Below are positions 52,352 through 64,000 of a stretch of 64,000 nt of DNA, one piece after another. The DNA lies in assembly GCA_030141605.1 (NCBI GenBank), contig JAQGDQ010000451.1:62001-126000 (forward strand). The letters run 5' to 3'. The position numbers and the translations under genes are program-made. This DNA comes from Tubiluchus corallicola (Eukaryota > Animalia > Priapulida). The notes beneath the pieces were generated by a model that had not been told where the DNA came from, made no database searches, and saw only the letters and a program-made list of their open reading frames with translations. Position 1 is the first letter of the stretch. Every line of letters begins with the position of its first letter.

Positions 52352-54157
52352 TTGAGGCGTTTGCACTAGACAGTAACTGATTTCGCAGGAAATCAACTCA
52401 CAGCAACTGTCGAATTTCGCAGTAACCTGCCGACGGTAACTTGCTAGTCTCTGTTAAATTTGCTTCAGATTGCACTTGCAAATGTCTTTAAACACCGACC
52501 TTTTAACTGTCTTTTCCCACTTGGACGTTTTTATTCGTCCATTTTCTGTATTCCAAACATTCTCTTGCTGACCGCAAACAATACTTCCCTTTTACGCATT
52601 GACAGAACCTCTGGAATCATCACATTCTGGATTCGGAGAAGTGGCCTACTGAGCCACAATTCCGGGTCCACATGAATAAGAAAATTTGTTAAGTTGCAAT
52701 TTTCGTATCAGTATAAAAGTATTCAAATTAATATTCATATTCAGCTGAGGATTATCATCTTATAAAAACTGAAATGCACAGTTTATAAAAAATAAAAAAG
52801 TTAGTTATTAATAAAGTGCCATTGTTTGTCCAAACATTAATGTTCATTTGCTCTTATACTAACAATGACAAATGATAAAATGAATTAAGTAACTGATCAA
52901 TATGAACAATACGGATAATGCATGAACAGCTTTGACACTAATGAATTTTTTCACGAAATCGTACCTAATCTGAAGTACCTAATCATGCCGATGTAACGTA
53001 ATATCTTGCTAATGATTTAATAACGCGGAAATAATTCTTAATGACAAAGAGTTTGAAAAATAATTAGTAAAAAAATCCTTCATAAAGAAATTGAAGATGC
53101 AACATTTCTGTGAGCTATCTTCAGATGAAAGGAAACAAAGTACATTCTCAATATTAGCAGAGATATTTGGTCCCTTCACATCTTTTCTCCTCTCTAATTA
53201 GTGATTGTGTTATGAAAATATAAAATTATATTTTGTAATTTTTCCAATTTTTCTTCTGCTTCTTCCTTTCAACAGAGGGCAGCACAGAACTATGCCCTGT
53301 AATGTCCTACTTTTTCACCGTCTCTGCTATGAAACTTCTTATTAATTGCTAAAGACATAATGCCAACAATCGTTTAATGGGATTGTTGTCAACTATTGCT
53401 TCAACTATTACATGAACAGACAACTTTATTTGCATTCGTAACATCGTTTTTTGGTAACATCATGATTTGAGAATGGTGATGATGTCGTGCAAGGTATGAT
53501 GACATCATATATACATGTGAATGACATTGTACAATGATGTGCATGGAAACGTCAAACGTTTCTACACTCTACTCAACGTTAAATACTCAAACTCATGTAT
53601 GAAGTGTTACAGCATGGACAATAAATAGTAACAAGTAACAATTTTATAGTTAATAAAATAAAATGAACAAGATATCAACAATATATCACAATTTCTTTGT
53701 ACTTCTATAGATTGCAAGATGCAGAGTCATCAACAGAAATCACGGTGTCATTGTAGTCCGACTGCAGTCCCCGCTCTATAGTTATATTTTGGCAACACAT
53801 TTCAACTTTTGTTAGTAAACTCCGTAACTTTCAGACGAGTGTCCCACTAATTTGTGAACGAAGAATGTAAGAACTGAATTTAAATTATTAAATAAAAAGC
53901 ATGTCTGGCATTAAAAAACCCACAGTTGATTCTTGGCGAAAATTTTATGGCAGTTTATAGAAATGGCAATTTTTGTTATAAGTGGACTGACTTCAGTCGG
54001 GTTTGTGTCACCATCACCTCTGAGATAATAAAACTTACTTGCCAGAATGTTCTAAAGACAGCCCACTTTTAAATCAAAATTTGCTTCAGATAAACATGCT
54101 CCTAAAAATAATTTCAGTAAGTCAGAAGAGGACAATTGACTAACTTTGACATGTGCA

Positions 54158-57100
54158 TCATATAAACTCTATTCCTTCGTATTTATAATCTCCAATTTTT
54201 GTTTCTGGCAGCAGGATTTTTCCTGTCTCTTCAAACACCATGATGTAACTGGCCGCTGTACCTTCTTCTGCATTTTCTTCCGACTTCAAAGCAACAATCA
54301 GTTTGTCGTTTGTACCGGGAATGAACTTGAATGAAGAAAAACCATGAGTGGGGATAACGGTACCAATCTTCCGAGTCTCTGTAAAGTTAGAAAACAGTCA
54401 CAAACTTGTGCTAAAAATTGTACTAAATAAACTGCTACAGTAAAGTGTGCGTAACTCGAAATCGCAAAACTCAAATTTTCGCCTAACTCAAAGAATTTCA
54501 GCGGTAACGGATGAGATCTTTAGTTTTTTCCGTAAAAAAACAGCGCTTAACTTCGAAATATATAACTCAAAATATCGCCTAACTCAAACAAAAAATTACG
54601 GTCCATTTAATCAAAATACACATAATTTACATCGCCTAACTGAAAAATGCAATTTGTGCTCTACAAAAATAAAAAGTTTCATACAACTCAAAAACAGTAT
54701 CGTTTTCCATGTAAATTTTAATATCTTACAAGTCGCCCCCCCCCCCCCCAATTATTTTCTCCGGGATTGATCTTTCCGTGTTGTGTACATGTCCTTTTGT
54801 AACACAAAAAAATCATGTTTCACTACATAATTTGTTATTCTTTATGTAATTGTCATCAAATCACATTGTGTGTGTATAGAAGGATTGGATTTTGTCTTCT
54901 ATTTAGCTCGCCGTCTGGAGGATAGAGTTTCTGTGCTGGACAATGGTCAACATTGCCTAACTCAAAGTTATTTCGGTCCGGTTGGGTTTGAGTTATACAG
55001 AGTTTACTGTATTTAGAAAAAAATATCTGTTGCAGAAGAGAAACGAATAACATCAATGCCATGCCAGAATTTATAAAAACACAATTTTATGCAACAACGT
55101 GTTATGCATAATGTGTTAAAATAACATCAAAAATGGAGTGTCAAGAAACGATAGGACCATTAGGCTTAAAAGTTATCACAATCAGACATGAATGCATGCA
55201 TTTTTTACCATCCGATTGATTGTGATTATTTCTTAGTGAAGCTGTTTTTCGGAATTTGTCACTATTTCATTGCTACCATACTGCCCGTCAATCGTCAATT
55301 ATTGGTTGTCAGAATTATGAAATGGCCATCAGAACGGGACAGTGTCAGATGTTAAAATAAGTGCTTTTTATTCAAATTAAAATCTCTTTTTCGTGGATTC
55401 ATCAGATCTCTTTCCTCTTGGTTTCTTTCCATCCTGAACGAGGTCAATTATTTTGTGCCACCCTGTACATACACTATAAAATTCAAATGTGTGACTTGCC
55501 TATATTCTGAAAGTTTTCATCAGCAATGAGCATGACGTTGGACCCTTTTTTCTCGTCCAACACGTCATTGTATCTCTCCTTACTCAGCCTTCTCGGCAAG
55601 AAATACCACTTCTTTTGATGCGTACTCCATGTGGCAGCCTCATGAATTAAATAACCTAGAAAATAAAGTAAAAATAATCTTGATAGCAAACACAAGAACA
55701 AATGTTAGGCAGATAGTGGTACAAGAGCAATCCTTTGTGAACGGTGTGTGACAGAATTGTGTAGTTTACCATTTACAGTGTCCCGTTACGGGCATTTTCC
55801 CGGAGACAGCCACGCAAATTTTGCAGAAAACTGCACAAACAGCCTCTAGAAAAACTGGATTTGTGTAACTGTTTGGGCATATTGGAAAAAATAAGCACAA
55901 TCACAAAAAGAGGACGAAACAGTCTACAAAATGTTGTGGGTTTCCTTGAGAGAAATGTCCACTAGACGAAACAGGAGGGGAGTATTTTGAAGTTGTTCTT
56001 CAACCCCAAAGTGCAGCACACTATTTAGAACAGCCATTGTCTTTGAGTTTGACAAATTTTGTGGGTGTTCCAGGCATTATTGTCACCCGCCATTCTACAG
56101 TGCTATAGATAAATGGTTGTTTACTAGACAAACTGTAACCATATTCTGCATTTATCCCACCGCTGCCTGACATGAAGCACTAGCCATCACAGGATCAGTG
56201 ACAGAAACTATCCATTTTTCCCCGCACTACCATCTAGTTACTAAACTCTTGCAACAAATTCACTTTAGCATTTTTAGAACTTTGTTAGAACGTTAACGCT
56301 TTGCTGGAAGTCTGCACATCTTACACACTGCTCTAGCTACTAAAGTCTTGCAACAAATTCACTTTAGCATTTTTAGAACTTTGTTAGAACGTTAGCACTT
56401 TGCTGGAAGTCTGCACATCTCACACACAGCTCTAGCTACTAAAGTCTTGCAACAAATTCACTTTAGCACTTTTTAGAACTTTGTTAGAACATTAGCACTT
56501 TGCTGGAAGTCTGCACATCTCACACACAGCTCTAGCTAGTAAAGTCTTGCAACAAATTCACTTGCTATGTCACTTTACATAAATAAATGGCACGAAGTTA
56601 ATAAGACATGGTTAACAAAAATGAATTTTGGCGAAATAGTCGGCAGTGGTACTTGATTTGTTGTACTTACACTTTATGCTGACAACTGTGTGCAGATAAT
56701 TTTACTTTTTATTTCTTATTTTATAACTAATGAAGGAGTTTTTAAGGACGCAAATACTCCGAAATTGATTTGGTTTAAAAAGGATAACTGTTCTTCTCTT
56801 AACTTTATTCCTGCTTATTGTCAAAAGGTTATTTTAAAGTCTGCCTCTGAAAACTTCCCACACAGAGTTATATTATTTTTCATTACGCTTACCTGTTTGA
56901 AAGACTTATGTAATTAGAAAAGAAAATTCTTAATACCGATAAATTAAAATGTTTGCGCCACCTGGTAAAATGGCACCGCATCGCGATCTCGGTGCGCACC
57001 ACTTGCTAAAAAACACATTGTTGCTATTGACAATATAAAGGTAATTTGAACCTTTTCTGAGTTAATCAATGAAAACTATGCTAAGAATGCTCTGATTATT

Positions 57101-60100
57101 TTCTCAAATTTTACGCAATATTATCTAAACTTGTTTCAACTGACACTCTCCAAATGGCTGCACCTAACGGTCATAACAGGAGTTTAAATTCTCAACTTCT
57201 GCTGACACAAGCCCTGTGCGCAATAAGACAGCAGTCAAGTAATATGAAATTTCAAGACGAATTTTTTAAGCTTTATTTGTGAAGAATGTTTTCTTGTACT
57301 TTAAGAGATAAAATCTACTAAGCAAGTGAAATAACTAAGATACCACACAGTTACTTACCAATGTCGGTTATACCAGCTGCTTCCTTCAGTGCATCATACT
57401 GAGTATGCCAGTCAAGATGGGTGACAACCCCTGAGGGAGATACGGCTTTTACCCACTGAGGGTCCCGATTGAGTATCCTACCCTCTTTTGTTGTCCACTC
57501 CTTACCAAGACCTCCGATGTACAGAATTTTATCCTTCACCGCAGCCCATTCAGCTTTAAAACCTAAAAGCGCAAAAAATGAGTTTGTACGCAAATATTAA
57601 ACTTACTTCCGATAATAGTTTTTAAACAAATTATACAACATGTACAATACAATACTGATTTCAAGTTCAACCTATCTCAAAAGCTGCTTTACTGAAGCTG
57701 CCCCAGATCATTTTAAACAATAGAATAGGCGTATATGTGTGTTAAAATGTCTTGCTTATATATTATATTTTTTGGAAAAAGTTACTCAAATAGTTCATAA
57801 AGGTAAACCAGTTAGATTTCAGCAAGGCATTTGATAAAGTTCCCTACAAATGTCTGCTGTCAAAGTTGAAAATGCATGGTATTGATGGATTGATGTTGAA
57901 ATGGATGAGCAGTGATTGTGTGGAACAAAACAACTTGTGGTTGTAAATGGAAATATGTCTTCATGCGGTGAAGTACTAAGTGGAGTTCCACAAGAATCTG
58001 TACTCGGACCTGTTTTGTTTTTAATCTACATAAACGACATCGTGACAATATTTCTAGTGCTATTCTAAAGTTTGCTGATAACGCAAAGATTTGCAAAGCA
58101 GTGGGTAGCTCTGAAGAAGCCTTTACCATACAAGAAGATTTGACTAAAATGCATGAGTGGTCACTTGTCTGGCATATGCTGTTTAATGTGGAGAAGTGTG
58201 AGTGCATCCATTTTGATTATAATGATTTGATTTGAACAATGTGCATTATGATTACTTTATGGGAGACATGAGATTGGAGAGTACTACTGAAGTTAATGAT
58301 TTAGGAGTGTTAATAAATGAGTTGCTAAATTCGAACAGTCAATGTGCTGAAGTAGTCAAGGTCAACAGAACTTTGGGCATAATAATAAGATCTTTTATTA
58401 ACAGAGTCAAAGATGCAACTGTGAAATTGTACAAAAGTTTTGTTGGACCACACTTGGATTACTGCATGCAGGCATGGAACTCTACATGGTGAAAGATATT
58501 AGATTGCTTGAACGGGTACAAAAGACAGCTATAAACTTGACCGTGTACTAGTTTTGCAGAGTTAACACATGAACAGAAACTGAAGAGATGCAGATTGATG
58601 CCCCTAGAACGTACACCGTCGACTGAGAGCACATCTGATTATTAGAATTGGAATGGGCTCGAAGGTCTGGAATGTAATGACTTTTTTACTGTTAGTGATG
58701 ACAGTAGAACAAGAAATCACTCCAAAAAATTAGTGAAGAGAAGGTCTAGATTTGATCTTACAAAATACACTTTCAGTCAAAGGGTTATTAATATCTGGAA
58801 TCGATTAACGGACGAAGCGGTGAACTGTAGCAGTGTAAATTTATGCTTTCAAGAGCCATTTAGAGGAGTTCTTGAAGAAGACTAGGGGGGGGGGAGGTGC
58901 ACAACACAAGCTTGTCCAAGCTTACAGCCGCAGTTAGTATCGTCACCGATTACAGTGTCATTTAGATGAAGATGGTGGTCGTCACTAAGTATCAGTAAAA
59001 TAGATTAACACCACATAGCAACAACCACAATTTCATTTAGGCTTCGATTATATTTATTGGTTAACTAATAAATATGTTAAAATACCATCACATTTGCAAT
59101 GCCGTAACTTCGTCACTAGAGCTGGACATGTTTATCTGTAATTTAGAAGTTTCCATTTCAATAACTAATATTTAATAATTAATAATATTACTTATGTTAA
59201 ATTGTGTTATGTTGATGATATTGTTATGTTAATGATATCAACCAGTACCTTTTTGTTTCTTCCCATTTCCATCTGGTAAAACTAACCAAGGCACAACAAC
59301 ATCTTTTCCATTGTCACTGTCTATTCGGAAAACAACACCTGTTCGATCGTCAAATGTATATAAATTACCATTAAATACAATTAATTCACTAAGTTCCATT
59401 CCCCTTCCACCCATTGCAAGTGTTTCTTCTAGTGTTACTCTGTTGCTGAACTGAAATTTAGCACTACTATGATCTTTGCTTATAATTAAATAACCTTTCA
59501 AAAAGAAACTCAACCACTTATTAGGCTCACTGTTGCTTTTTGATGCTTCATCTAAATCAGAGATCACACCAATTTTGTAGCGAACATCACCGTTCGATAA
59601 TGTAACGGGTTTTGTTAGGGGATAAGTTGCATTGTAGTCTTCATTAGGCAATATTATGCAGGGCTGACTTGCATCATTGGTTGTGTCTTGCTCTGGCACC
59701 GCAACTGGTTTGCGTTTCGCAGCAAGCACATCCTGTTCCTGAACAAATGTTTTCCCACGCGGAAAAAAACGAGGTTCACCTGTAAAGTAAAGTAAGTAAG
59801 TAAAAAATTTATTTGTCTCTGAATGTTACAAAATAAACATAAACAAAAGGTAAAAACTAAAATAAAGACGTGTATACCTGTGCCTCGTGTATACCTAGCA
59901 TCGCCGTTCGGTAGCAAAATAAACAGCAAGCCAATGACTATAATAACAGTAAAACAAGGTATAAAAACTTTCGTCCGAAAAATATCATAACGCAACCGTA
60001 TTGAACCGTTCCCCACACGAAAGCTGGGCGGCGTTTTTGCGATATTCATCCATTCGCTAAAATCTGGACTTTTCCTTTGATGGTCAATTGAAAGTGGAAT

Positions 60101-60124
60101 TTCCTCAAACTTCCACGTTGCCAT
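54158..60124 (-). CDS. CANT1: Calcium-activated nucleotidase 1 (apyrase), type II membrane anchor; 5 exons, ~452 aa
   Basis: Exons 60124-59878 (hydrophobic [18 protein letters not shown]), 59779-59249 ([42 protein letters not shown]), 57562-57359 ([20 protein letters not shown]), 55655-55500 (GYLIHEA..WYFLPRR), 54378-54158 ([28 protein letters not shown]). Total 1359 nt. Intron 4 needs a GC donor. Confidence 0.95.
54438..55009. mobile_element. pogo/Tigger-type MITE in CANT1 intron 4
   Basis: TA-CAGTAAAGTGTGCGTAACTCGAAA...TTTGAGTTATACAGAGTTTACTG-TA; repeated subterminal GCCTAACTCAAA motifs. Confidence 0.8.
56234..56563. repeat. ~99-bp tandem repeat x3.3 in CANT1 intron 3
   Basis: CTAGCTACTAAAGTCTTGCAACAAATTCACTTTAGC.. 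at 56234, 56333, 56432, 56532. Confidence 0.9.
56742..57304. mobile_element. Second TTAA-flanked MITE family, copy B
   Basis: Shares interior blocks and the right end TTTTCTTGTACTTTAA with 35910-36435; left boundary approximate. Confidence 0.65.
57810..58870 (+). mobile_element. Degenerate CR1-clade LINE reverse transcriptase 3' half, antisense in CANT1 intron 2
   Basis: Broken frames give [82 protein letters not shown]. Confidence 0.9.
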
Positions 60125-60475
60125 CTCAAGTACTAAAATACATCCACCACTCGTTACAGTAAGTTTAAGACACCATACTGTAAAATATGAACACTTTCTA
60201 ATTGCGTAATGTTTCACAAACAGCAAGTTGCCATCTTATAACCTACTACAGAGTTTACGACGTTTCATAAATAAAACATAATTATTATTTTTGGAAGTTT
60301 AGTACAGTTTTTCCCAAAGAGGAAGCAGCTATAACACACAAAAATTTTGCTTGTTAACATCTTTGTTTGAAAATTAGTACATATGATAACTAGTTGTTTA
60401 CACTATTTTTTACTTAAAACTTTCTACTGCACGAAAAGAAATATGTCAGCTCACTGAAGTTTTTGAACACGAGGC
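60125..60475. promoter_or_regulatory. Probable bidirectional promoter between CANT1 (-) and RSL1D1 (+)
   Basis: Divergent ATGs at 60124 and 60476, with 351 bp between them. Confidence 0.65.
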
Positions 60476-62584
60476 ATGGCGACAGAAAATCAGGTTTTTC
60501 TTGTTTTTTTCATGTTACGATGATAAGATGCTTTTTCAGTTTACCTTATTAAAATTTCAATTTTTTATTATTTAGCAGTTAAATTTAATGCATTTTGCTT
60601 GTATGTAGTTACAAGAAGATATAATTATAAGGCATATCGCTTATCATCTAGACGAAGTCTATACTATAGTTTATTTTATTTATATTGATTATAATTTAAA
60701 ATTTTGTAAGTTAACTTTTAGCTTTCTGACGGCGACTGCATTCTTCAACTGATAATATAAAACAACTAATTATATAACAACTATCGTTTTTTATTTAGGC
60801 TCAGAAAGCAGTTGCTGCTTTGCTGAAATACGTCGAAAGCAAAGAAAACGAAGCTACCAGTCGGCTTCTCTTAAACGAGAAATGCCCCATACAAATGCAG
60901 ATTGTTCTGAAAAAGGTGCCTCAAGTAAAGAACAAGCTTCTGAAATTGTAAGTTTCCAGTTAATGCAGCGTCATCTTAACTAGAATATACAATTATATAC
61001 AATTGAGCTTTCTGATCTTTGAATGAGTGACACTGTCTCCTGTATTTCTATTTCAAATTTAAAGTTGAACTTTACTGTTGAGATGTCTGTTTTCTAGTGA
61101 CATTCCACACCCACTGTACACAGACGAAACCAGCATATGTCTTATTGTTCCTGATGAAGGCCATGCACGGAACGACGACCACGAACTGTTTTCTTCCAAA
61201 TTCAAAGCAAAGCTACACGACAAAGGCATCACTCATATTTCAGAGGTAGGGATTAAAAATGTGCATGTTAGTGATGACCTTATTAGAATGATGCATAATT
61301 TTCCATTAACTGTTACAGTTTTGATCAACAAAATTTTGTGCTAAATGGAAAGTAGACCACTTCCAAAGCTACCGATCCAAACGACATGAAGATTTAAACG
61401 AACTTATTAGTGCAGTTTGTCAGAGCCTACTATTAACCTCTCCTCTCAAGTGAGAAATCTGAGAGGGGAGAATTTCATTAAACTGGCAGTGATGACTGCA
61501 TCTGCTGATGTGCCTTTTACTTCAGCCCTATTCTTCTCCTAATCTACACCATATTTAGCTGATTGTAAGTAAGTAAGTATCTTTATTTAATCACCTTTTT
61601 TACACAGAGCATGAAACGATAATATGATAATATGATACAAAGTGACAAAATTATTAAATGAATAAATTATCTGAGTCAATGATATTCAAGTGATTGGTGA
61701 AAATTGAAAACACTTTTGATGTGGAATTATTCCAGGTCACTTGTACAGTTGAAATTGCATCTGCCATTCCAAGAACACTTAAATTTTGTAATTACGTAGT
61801 ACATAAGTATTGGCTTTCAAATCTCTTCTCATGTTCTCCAATTTCATTTCAATTATGAGTATTCAGATATTCATTTGAGTATGAATATTTGATGCCTAAC
61901 ATTATCTAGAAAATTGTCGCAACCTTGCTTGTCACTGCAGCAAGCCATGGCAGTCTTTACCTGAGCGTCATCTATTGTCCACTTCATTAGAGCAAACAGG
62001 TTGTTACGTAACGTCGGTAAAACTAAGTTTATGCTTTTTCATAGTCAACGTAGCAGTAATGTGCCGCTTCTTAATATTAAAATTAATAACTGCATACAGA
62101 ACCATTATTTAAAAAATACCAATTATTAAATTTAAAAGATTTATTCTTGGTCCAAAAGCTTTATTTCTTCTTTAATTATACTAATTCATCACTTCCTTTT
62201 TATTTCACAATTCGTGTAGTTTCTAAAGGCTATGGCCATCATAATTATTTTACTCGGGGGTCCGACCACCAGCTCTACACTAATTTTTTGCAGAGCGATC
62301 TCTGAAATATACTATTTATTCCCTCGTCAGTGACATATCTCGATATGTTACTGATAAGGCTGTAACCCACAGCTACCATGCCTTTAAACACTATTGCAAA
62401 ATGTTTTTCATCAATACTTACACTGATTTTGTCACATGCTGCGCAATTGCTACGTAATTGCTATGCATGCTGTCTTCATGGCACTATGTAAGTTGACACA
62501 AATTTTATGTCAATTCAACTGCAAAATTTATTAATAGTTACTACTGTCATTATTTGTCATTTTATTGATAATGGTGATAATGAC

Positions 62585-62656
<72 letters not shown>

Positions 62657-63129
62657 ATTATTGTTATTATTGATTTCGTTGTTGTCTTTGTTTGGTGCAG
62701 CATTGGTTTTCACATCGACATAGCCTTTGTTTCTCTGTCTTTCTTCCCTTTCGTTCTTTTCATTCATCGCTCTTTTTCTCCTTTTCCATTTCTTTTTGAG
62801 TTGGCCTTTAATTTATACAGGTGTATTGCCATTTTTAGGTCTCCTCAGCCACACAGATTTACTATTTGTAATTTACAGTCTAAATCATTACAGAAAACTC
62901 AATTTGTGCATGTTCCTGTTGTTGGCTAAATAAATAAATCTTGAATCTTAATAAGTTCATTTGCCTATTGCGTTCTTTAGGTAATACCATTTAAACAGTT
63001 GACAACAGAATTCAAGACATACGAATCCAGGAGAAAATTGTGCAACATGTTCGACATTTTCCTAGCAGATGGAAAGCTAATGTCTCTTTTACCTCATAGG
63101 CTTGGCAAAGCATTTTTTAAAAAGAAAAA
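60476..63129 (+). CDS. RSL1D1: Ribosomal L1 domain-containing protein 1 (UTP30/CIC1 family), first 4 exons; continues off window
   Basis: Exons 60476-60493 (MATENQ, less certain), 60799-60947 (AQKAVAALLKY..QIVLKKVP), 61098-61245 (IPHPLY..SICLIVPD), 62981-63129 (VIPFKQLTTEFKTYESRRKLCNMFDIFLADGKLMSLLPHRLGKAFFKKK); GT-AG, phases consistent. Confidence 0.9.
62586..62670. repeat. (ATT)n microsatellite
   Basis: Seen directly. Confidence 0.95.
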
Positions 63130-64000
63130 GTAAGTACCGGCCCTTTCTTTTTGAAATCACCAAACTTGGAAAAGCGGGCTGCTTAGTCGAATGTGTTGAT
63201 TTTTTTAAGTAAAAAATTACTTTTCTGAATGTTGTCATAGCAAAATACCACTTTTTGAAGGGCTTTTAATACTTCCTTGTGATTTTCTGAGCTCGAGCAT
63301 AAAATTGCAACTGGGACAACATAGTATACGTGTTGAGCCTGAGCGAGTAACAGATTTGTGCCCCAAATAAATGTTTTAAAACAAATACAGTAGTACCTCT
63401 GTTTTCGACCATAATTCATTCCTAAAAAGTGTTTGAAAACCGATTTGGTTGAGTACCGAATCATTTATTTTCCTAAGAAATGTAAAAGCAAATGATCTAT
63501 TCTTAAGCACCAAATGAACTGTAAAGTATTACTAAAACGAAATATAATAATGCAAAAATGTTTATGCAAACAGTAGATATGATACAATTGATAAGAAAAA
63601 CATAATAGAATTACGTTGAAAGAAAGACATAATTGTTCCTGCACGTAGAAAGCGGAGAAAAGTAAGTGTAGAAAGCACTTAGCGATATTAGGCGATTCAA
63701 ATGTTGTGCGTGACTACTCTCGGGCGCGGTCGGTTACGCTCGGCTCTACTCGGCTCACCGCGCATGCGTTCATCACGTGTTTGGTGGTTGGTCGAGAGCG
63801 GAGACAATTTCAGCTCGAATTTTCTGGTCGAAAAACAATTTGTACGATTACGTAGACATTCGACAACGGAGGTGTGACTGTATTGAGTTTTATTTAGCTG
63901 AAAATCATGATGTGCTGTGAGTTTTATGATGTACTTTTAGTCCACTTTAAGTGCCTCTTTCTTTTTTCTTTGATGCAAATAATTTATAGGGAACATCCAT

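Noticed and set aside
52460-52680. Possible orphan exon between WDR91 and CANT1
   Set aside because: No recognisable homology and no convincing splice-site pair.
60443-60457. In-frame upstream ATG extending RSL1D1 (read-through or Sec)
   Set aside because: Two in-frame TGAs before the main ATG and no conserved sequence; at most a 4-codon uORF.
62507-62933. Poly-Ile / poly-Asn ORFs
   Set aside because: Translation of an (ATT)n microsatellite in an RSL1D1 intron.

Overview
AT-rich, intron-rich animal (invertebrate-type) genomic DNA, not prokaryotic. Hand-splicing gives six genes. (1) PRKDC/DNA-PKcs: first 11 coding exons on the - strand, continuing off the left edge. (2) Head-to-head with it, an intronless WDR46/UTP7. 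(3) About 600 bp later, a 6-exon endonuclease IV (APN1/Nfo-type) gene whose first coding exon follows a splice acceptor. (4) A 17-exon WDR91. (5) A convergent 5-exon CANT1 apyrase with a GC-AG intron. (6) Head-to-head with CANT1, the first 4 exons of RSL1D1. Introns hold a decayed Merlin (IS1595-like) transposase, Kolobok-, piggyBac-, pogo- and hAT-like MITEs, tRNA-derived SINEs, CR1/L2 LINE fragments and minisatellites. Two signals stand out. One is a 22 x 71-bp array in WDR91 intron 9 built from copies of the next exon's 3' end plus its splice donor (16 intact GTAAGT sites, one new acceptor). The other is the PRKDC<-/->WDR46->endonuclease IV block, where WDR46 looks like a retro-relocated gene inside, or co-transcribed with, the endonuclease IV unit. 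Gene names come from recalled protein-family sequences; no database search was run.
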